From: Nitrospirota bacterium
Lineage (GTDB): Bacteria; JACPQY01
Direction of reading: 5' to 3'
Assembly: GCA_016180645.1 (NCBI GenBank)
Contig: JACPAV010000006.1
Coordinates: 62,001-126,000 of the forward strand
DNA: 64,000 nucleotides
Each line of letters begins with the position of its first letter. The first letter of the stretch is position 1. The translations under genes were made by a program, and so were the position numbers. Shown in pieces: positions 58,330 through 64,000 of the stretch. Under the pieces are notes generated by a model. It ran no database searches. It was given only the letters and a program-made list of their open reading frames with translations, and had not been told where the DNA came from.

Positions 58330-58697
58330 ACCCTACGCTGTGCTGGCGGGGCATCGAGATCATCTATGCCTACGTTGGAGGACCCCTGTGTAACGGCATG
58401 GCCGAGCACTTCATGCGGGTCCTCAAGGAGCAGTGCATTTGGGTTCACCGGTTTCAAAACCTCGAGGAGGCCCGACGAATCATCGGCGAGTTCATTGAGC
58501 GATACAATCGAGAATGGATCCTGGAGCGGTGGGTCTATCGGACCCCCGCCCAAGTGCGGAATGACTTCCAATCCCATCCGGAGGCCCAGGCCGCATAATC
58601 CGGAATTAAGCGCTGGCGCAGGTCGCCCCGCCTTCGGCGGGGCGAAATCCCGGCCAAAATAAGCTGTCATTCTGTCCAAGAAACCCAGTGCGATTCA
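58330..58697 (+). mobile_element. IS3-family transposase remnant with terminal IR-like end
   Basis: NGMAEHFMRVLKEQC..FIERYN..YRTP; end CTGTCCAAGAAACCCAGTGCGATTCA. Confidence 0.75.
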
Positions 58698-58698
58698 G

Positions 58699-58779
58699 CA
58701 CTAACAACGCGTTCAAGACAGACGCCCAAAAGCGGCGCTTCTCGCCCGTTTTGCTCGCGACTCAACGCGAACCTTAGGC
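58699..58779 (+). other. Integron attC site (R' mutated GTT to CTT)
   Basis: CTAAC AACGCGTTCAAG..CTCAACGCG AAC CTTAGGC with paired central arm. Confidence 0.75.
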
Positions 58780-58795
58780 GGATTATCGAAGAGCT

Positions 58796-59554
58796 ATGCG
58801 GATCGGGATTCTCATCGTCGGTTCTCTGTATTGGGACGGTTCGCCTGTTCGATGCCAGTGGCGTCGTGACCGGCTTGGCTGCACCGGGCAGTTCAAAGTC
58901 CGTGTGCCCATACGTTACGGCCGGAAGTCTTTGTCGCGAGGGAATACGTTTACCATGGTTTTCGCTAGGTCATGCTCAGCGCCAGAGAGGTTGGGGACAG
59001 GGCTTGTGGTCCCCGCTCGTGCAGAGTGTTGCGATCCCGAGCATCTTCTCGAGGAAGCGGAGTGCCTATGGGCCGCCGAGAAAAACTCCCGTGACCGAGA
59101 TGGCATTGCACGCGAATGGGGCAGGGTGTGCCTCGTGTGCCAGCCAGACCGACCACTTCCAAGTCAGTTCGCTTCCGTGTGGAAGGCAGCAGTTGGAAAG
59201 GCTGGATGGTGCTATCGGGCCGTCCCTGGAGCCGAGGGGGAAGAACAGCTCATAGATCCTGTCTTGGGCCTTGCTCAGTTCGAATGGCCTGTTGACGCCG
59301 AGAGCCTGCAACCGCTGACGGAGTTCGATTTGCTTCTCATGACCGCCACCGAGCCGACTTTGAGGAATTCGCACTATCCAAGCGCCACAGAAATCGCCGA
59401 AGCATGGAGAGCAGACCCGAACGACCACGTGTCGTACTTCTACAGCAATCGGCGACACGGAATCAGGACCTACGAAGACGATGAGATATTGAGGGTGGTC
59501 AAGGGAGAATCGTCTAACATCGCGATGGAGCCAACGGCGCCGGAAACGTTGTGA
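58796..59554 (+). CDS. Cassette-borne hypothetical protein
   Basis: Single ORF between two attC sites; IVGSLYW N-terminus. Confidence 0.75.
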   Translation: MRIGILIVGSLYWDGSPVRCQWRRDRLGCTGQFKVRVPIRYGRKSLSRGNTFTMVFARSCSAPERLGTGLVVPARAECCDPEHLLEEAECLWAAEKNSRDRDGIAREWGRVCLVCQPDRPLPSQFASVWKAAVGKAGWCYRAVPGAEGEEQLIDPVLGLAQFEWPVDAESLQPLTEFDLLLMTATEPTLRNSHYPSATEIAEAWRADPNDHVSYFYSNRRHGIRTYEDDEILRVVKGESSNIAMEPTAPETL

Positions 59555-59583
59555 GCGCCACGGCTCATCGCGCGACGTTCTGC
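59512..59583 (+). other. Integron attC site
   Basis: GTCTAAC ATCGCGATGGAGCC..GGCTCATCGCG CGAC GTT. Confidence 0.75.
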
Positions 59584-59768
59584 CATCATGAGCGGAGAGG
59601 GGGGACCTTGCTCACTTTGTCAACTTGCGCGGGAACGTGAGAGCTTTCGGGCTGGCTTCCGGCGATCCCCGCCGGGAGGCGGACGGGACGGGACGACCAC
59701 GTGAAACGTGGCGTGCGGTGAACGACCTCCCCCGTTGCCATAACGTGGCTGCGTTGAACTGAGCCGGA

Positions 59769-60239
59769 ATGAAAGAATTCATCGTCTACGTGGATGCCTC
59801 TGTCGTCGGTGGCTGCGAGGATGCAGAATTCTCTACGGACAGCCGTGCACTCTGGACTTTCTTCACGGATGGACGGTACAAGCTTGTTCTTTCAACGCAC
59901 ACGCTGCGCGAACTCGAAGGGGCTCCCGCGTCCGTGCAAAGTTGGCTGGACCGCGTCCCTCCCGAACACCAGATCGTTCTCCCGGACTCGGAGGAGTCAG
60001 CCGAGCTTGCACGGGCGTATCTGACGAAGAAAGTCGTAGGTCCCGGCTCGAAGGAGGATGCCCGGCATGTGGCGCTGGCTACGGTAGGACGGGTGGACGT
60101 ATTGGTGAGTTGGAATTTCAAGCATATCGTGAACTTGGGGCGTATCCGACTTTTCAACTCCGTGAATGTGGAGCGGGGCTATGGTATGCTGGAGATTAGA
60201 ACCCCGAAGGAGGTGGTCCGGAATGAAGAAGGGATTTGA
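59769..60239 (+). CDS. PIN-domain toxin
   Basis: VYVDASVVGG, DARHVALA, LVSWNFKHIVN. Confidence 0.9.
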   Translation: MKEFIVYVDASVVGGCEDAEFSTDSRALWTFFTDGRYKLVLSTHTLRELEGAPASVQSWLDRVPPEHQIVLPDSEESAELARAYLTKKVVGPGSKEDARHVALATVGRVDVLVSWNFKHIVNLGRIRLFNSVNVERGYGMLEIRTPKEVVRNEEGI

Positions 60240-60429
60240 TGCCGTAGCTTGGATGAGAAAACGGCGCGAGGAAATCGAGCGGGAGGACGCGGGGCTGACT
60301 TGGCAGGAGAAAAGCCTCAAAACCCTCGGTCTTTTGAAGGACAATCCTTTCTGGCAGAGGCTGAAGAACCGCGTCGTGGCGCCGGACTCCCAAGCTTCAG
60401 GTGTTGCCCAAGCGGCGGGCAAGCGCTGA
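60223..60429 (+). CDS. Small putative antitoxin
   Basis: MKKGFDAVAWMRKRREEI; overlaps the PIN end; GGAGG RBS. Confidence 0.7.
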   Translation: MKKGFDAVAWMRKRREEIEREDAGLTWQEKSLKTLGLLKDNPFWQRLKNRVVAPDSQASGVAQAAGKR

Positions 60430-60626
60430 TGAAGCGTTCTCGCTCCCGGAAGATACTCTCCCCAAACTCCTGATCCAGAGCCGAAGGCTTTTCCCCTTCG
60501 GAGTAAGGGGCCATTCCGAAGAACGTCAACGCAAACGGCGTTGGCACACTGGGAGTGATGTGCACGTCGCCAGGAGAGAATCACGCGCGAGAAGCCGTTG
60601 TCGGTTCCCCGGTGGTGCGGGCGCTT

Positions 60627-61835
60627 TCATCCGCCGGTAATGGAATCGATGATCGGCGTGAGGAATTCCGTGTCCTTCCATTCGTCCGGGGGAACCGTGC
60701 CGAGATTGGGAATCAGGCCGCCGGCGGGGTACCGCGCGAATAGAGACGGATCCGCCACGGGCCTTCCGCTGTACTTGACGTAGCGGCCATTACGGACCAC
60801 CACGAGTTCCAGCGAGGGAATCACGTAAACGTACTGCCCGTCGTAGCCCACGGCGGCGAATGTATCCGCCGGCAGCCGTCGGTTGGTGCGGCCGCTGAGC
60901 CACCATTGGTAGCCATAGCCCCGGAAGCTCCTGGAGGGCGAAGTGGAATCCGCCACCCACCCAGCGGGAACGACTTGCTTGTTTCTCCAATAACCCTGAC
61001 GCTGATAGAGCAAACCAAACCGCGCAAAGTCCTGGCTCGTCATGTCCACACAGCAGTAGGTGAGAGTGTGCCCGCTCGCGTCGGTCCACCAGTCCACGCT
61101 ATTTATTCCGAGGGGTGAGAAGAGCGCCTGAACTGCAAAATCGCCGGCCTTCATGCCGGTTGCCGCTTCGAGCACGCCCGACAACAGCAGGGTGTCGCCA
61201 CTTGAATAGTGAAAGCGACTGCCGGGCTGCCTGGCCATTTCACGATTCGCGGCGTATGCAAGCTGGTCCCTTTCCGCCAAGCCCAGCCGGATGATATCCG
61301 AGCTGCCGAACGCCGCGGGATTGTAGTCCTCGACCCAGGCGAGTCCGGAGGCCATCGTGAGCACGTCACGAAGGGTGATACCCGCCTTATCCGTGCCCCT
61401 CCATTGTGGAAAATACTTGGCGAGGCTGACCTCTACGCCCGGGATGATTCCTTGACCGATGGCGATTCCGATGAGGGCGCTCGCGAAGCTCTTGCCGACG
61501 GACCAGCTTGCAGCCCACGAGCCGGCGTCGGCGCCCCCGCCGTACCACTCAGCCACGAGGACTCCGCGCCGCACCACGACCACCCCCTGCGTATTCTTGC
61601 CGGGTTGGAAGGCATAGTCTTTCGCGCGCGATAGGACGGATTCGTCCATTCCTTGTTCCACTGGGTTTTGCACGATCCAATCCGTCGTCGGCCATGAGGC
61701 ATCGCCCGCTGGCGTCGGCCATGGGGCAACCTCCCGGTCGTCGCCGGAGCAGCCCGCGACCAGCATGAAGATCGCCACCCCCCACATTGGAATAAGCCGC
61801 TTTCCCGCCGTCTTGAGGAGTGACCGGCACCGCAT
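60627..61835 (-). CDS. Serine hydrolase, beta-lactamase class C family lipoprotein
   Basis: SVGK (SxxK), LTMASG, FHYSS, GYDGQ; VAGC lipobox; start uncertain. Confidence 0.88.
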   Translation of the reverse strand: MRCRSLLKTAGKRLIPMWGVAIFMLVAGCSGDDREVAPWPTPAGDASWPTTDWIVQNPVEQGMDESVLSRAKDYAFQPGKNTQGVVVVRRGVLVAEWYGGGADAGSWAASWSVGKSFASALIGIAIGQGIIPGVEVSLAKYFPQWRGTDKAGITLRDVLTMASGLAWVEDYNPAAFGSSDIIRLGLAERDQLAYAANREMARQPGSRFHYSSGDTLLLSGVLEAATGMKAGDFAVQALFSPLGINSVDWWTDASGHTLTYCCVDMTSQDFARFGLLYQRQGYWRNKQVVPAGWVADSTSPSRSFRGYGYQWWLSGRTNRRLPADTFAAVGYDGQYVYVIPSLELVVVRNGRYVKYSGRPVADPSLFARYPAGGLIPNLGTVPPDEWKDTEFLTPIIDSITGG

Positions 61836-61930
61836 ATCAATCGGAACGTGGGGGTTCAGATCCTTGGGAACTCTTCGCTCAGGAATGCAAACGGAACGCG
61901 GGGCTCCCGCCTTGGCGACTCGCAACTGAT

Positions 61931-62524
61931 CTATAGCCAGCGGCGAACTCGGCGGCGGTAGGCGAGGTAGGATTCGCCGTGGAGCTTCTCAAGATGTTCC
62001 TCTTCGAGGCGAACTTGGATTTGGATGAGGACATGACCGAGAATGAGAACAACAAGGGAAACCATGTTCGGCGCGGCCAGAAAGAATCCCAGGAGCGTCA
62101 CCGTCATTCCGAGGAAGATCGGATTCCTTGAGATGCGGAACAGGCCGTGAGCCACCATCTCCGTGCGGTGCTCCTGATCCACCCCCACTCGGAACGACGC
62201 CCCCATCTGCGCCTGCGCCACGGCGATCCACACGAAAGAGACGGTGAGGAGGATCAGTCCCGCCATCTTTAGGGAACGGTGTTCCAACCAGGGGATCGGT
62301 TCGAGCCAAGGGTAGGCCGAGGGGAAAAATCCGTACACCACGAGGAAAGCGGCGATGACGAGGAAAACCCACACCATGCACTGCCCCACGTAGTCATGCG
62401 CGCGGTCTCCGCGCTTGATTACGATGGGATTCACACCGGTCTGTTTCCACACACGGTAGGACCGCCACCCCATCAGCACGAGGAAGAAGGCGACGGCGTA
62501 GGCGGGAAGGATCCAGCGGGGCAT
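61931..62524 (-). CDS. Isoprenylcysteine carboxyl methyltransferase family membrane protein
   Basis: GLFRISRNPIFLG, EEEHL, YRRRVRRWL. Confidence 0.9.
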   Translation of the reverse strand: MPRWILPAYAVAFFLVLMGWRSYRVWKQTGVNPIVIKRGDRAHDYVGQCMVWVFLVIAAFLVVYGFFPSAYPWLEPIPWLEHRSLKMAGLILLTVSFVWIAVAQAQMGASFRVGVDQEHRTEMVAHGLFRISRNPIFLGMTVTLLGFFLAAPNMVSLVVLILGHVLIQIQVRLEEEHLEKLHGESYLAYRRRVRRWL

Positions 62525-62593
62525 GTGTCAGGATATTCCACGAATCGGGGGGTGGAATCAAGGCCGGACGGAGAGGAAACCCTCACCCCCGCT

Positions 62594-64000
62594 TCATCCT
62601 CTTTGCTTCAGGAGCCTCCTGACGCGGGCGGCCAGTTCCACCGGAGAGAAAGGCTTGGTGACATAGTCGTCCGCGCCCAATTCGAGACCCCGTACCACGT
62701 CGGCTTCATTCCCCAACGAGGTGAGCATCATGACCGGCTTCTTGGCGAGGGACGGCTTCTTCCGAAGCCGTTCGAGCAGTTGGAAACCATCCATGTTCGG
62801 CATCTGAACATCCAAGAGGAAAAGTTCCACTGAAGGATCATCCGATCCAGCCAGTGCGGCCTCCCCGTCCGGATAGTGAATCACTTCGAATCCATCGTTT
62901 CCCAATCTTTGGGTCACCACCGTGGTGACGAGAGGATCGTCGTCCGCGATCAGAATCTTCCGCGTGGCAACCGCGACCTCATCATCCACCGCTGTTACCC
63001 GATTCCTTCCGGCCGCCTTGGCCTTGTAGAGCAGACGGTCCGCCGACTCCAGAGCTTCCTCCAGTTCGGCCCCCGGCCGCACGTCGGCCACTCCCGCGGA
63101 GAACCGGACTTGGAATGAGCGGCCATCTCCCGCTTGGAGCACCAAATCCCGGACCTCTCCGAGCGCCTTTTCAAGCGCCGCCCTGGCTCCCTGTCGATCC
63201 GCATCAGCAAATACAGCCACGAACTCCTCGCCCCCCACCCGGGCGAAGATGTCGGCCTGACGGAGGCTTTTGCTGATGACACCCGCCGCCGAACGGAGCG
63301 CTTCATCCCCGGCGGCATGTCCGTAGGTGTCGTTGATGGATTTGAAGTGATCCATGTCGATGATGCCGATGGACACCGGCTCTTTTGCGCGTTGCGCGCG
63401 GGCCTGGGCGAGGCCGAACGCCACCCTGAGGGAGGCCCGGTTGAGCAGGCCGGTGAGTGGATCGCGGCCGGACTCCTGCAATGAAGCTCCCGCCCGCTGA
63501 AGCCGGGCGGATACCAGGGAAGCGAGGAGATCGATTTGAAACGGTTTGTCGACGTACTCGTCGGCCCCGAGCGCCAGACATTCCGTTCTCGATTGGCGGT
63601 TTCTTAGGGCGGAAAGAACAATGATCGGAACCGAGGCCATCTCCGTTTGCTCGCGCAGTTTGAGAAGGAGATTCCGGCCGTCCATGTCCGGAAGCACGAT
63701 ATCCAGGATGATCAGGCTGACCGGGGTCCTCGTCAGGATCTCCTGCGCCGAGGAGCCGCTGTAAGCCACCAGGATCCGGCGCGCCTCGGACGTCAATTCT
63801 TGCTTCAGCAGGCGGCCAATCGCCGGATCGTCATCCACCACCAGCACATTCGTCTTGGGAACGTCCCCGCCGGCCACGACCTCCCGCAGCGTCACGAGAA
63901 GCCTCTCCAGGCAGGCCGCCACCCGGTCGTCCGGGGCATCCTCCACTTTGCCCGCGGATTCCGTGATCTCCGGAAATCCGTACGTGGCCCCGGATCCCCG
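62594..64000 (-). CDS. Hpt/REC/GGDEF/REC diguanylate cyclase (5' end outside window)
   Basis: RGSGATYGF Hpt motif at the edge, DMDHFKSINDTYGHAAGD, RVGGEEF. Confidence 0.92.
   Translation of the reverse strand, partial: RGSGATYGFPEITESAGKVEDAPDDRVAACLERLLVTLREVVAGGDVPKTNVLVVDDDPAIGRLLKQELTSEARRILVAYSGSSAQEILTRTPVSLIILDIVLPDMDGRNLLLKLREQTEMASVPIIVLSALRNRQSRTECLALGADEYVDKPFQIDLLASLVSARLQRAGASLQESGRDPLTGLLNRASLRVAFGLAQARAQRAKEPVSIGIIDMDHFKSINDTYGHAAGDEALRSAAGVISKSLRQADIFARVGGEEFVAVFADADRQGARAALEKALGEVRDLVLQAGDGRSFQVRFSAGVADVRPGAELEEALESADRLLYKAKAAGRNRVTAVDDEVAVATRKILIADDDPLVTTVVTQRLGNDGFEVIHYPDGEAALAGSDDPSVELFLLDVQMPNMDGFQLLERLRKKPSLAKKPVMMLTSLGNEADVVRGLELGADDYVTKPFSPVELAARVRRLLKQRG

Noticed and set aside
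60460-60547. Third attC after the PIN TA pair
   Set aside because: Ends in TCAACGCAAACGGCGTTGGC, but I could not find a matching R''/L'' arm with proper pairing.
1-64000. CRISPR array or cas genes
   Set aside because: No run of equal-length repeats with unique spacers; the repeats found are dispersed or have only two units.

Overview
GC-rich Gram-negative bacterial DNA (LptFG, PilT and Cys-rich lipoproteins fit a deltaproteobacteria-like lineage; not determinable from sequence alone). 1-27 kb is housekeeping: ribF, lptFG, a minus-strand pyrR-pyrB-pyrC-carA-carB-greA-recG-lipA-hyp-GAF-pilT string, tadA, mscS and sucA-sucB-lpdA-lplA. 28.5-38.7 kb is a probable c-di-GMP-linked synthase-type polysaccharide cluster (CX5R phosphatase-TPR, degenerate GGDEF receptor, HEAT, GT2, YaiO-like barrel). 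39.0-55.8 kb is a ~16.8 kb integrative island in a tRNA(CAT) gene that, unusually, duplicates the 5' half of the tRNA. It carries int/xis/HTH, a type I R-M system, three tiny tandem HTH genes upstream of a SIR2-like gene, a nuclease-EVE/metallophosphoesterase operon, Cys-rich lipoproteins and a TA pair. 56-64 kb holds an FN3-FGE lipoprotein, an IS3 remnant, an attC-bounded integron cassette, a PIN TA pair and an intact-site diguanylate cyclase. Also seen: palindromic REP-like elements inserted in frame into carA and sucA, a PyrR loop overlapping the pyrR RBS, probable leaderless genes, and two orphan duplicated gene tails. All calls come from motif recognition by eye; no database searches were run.
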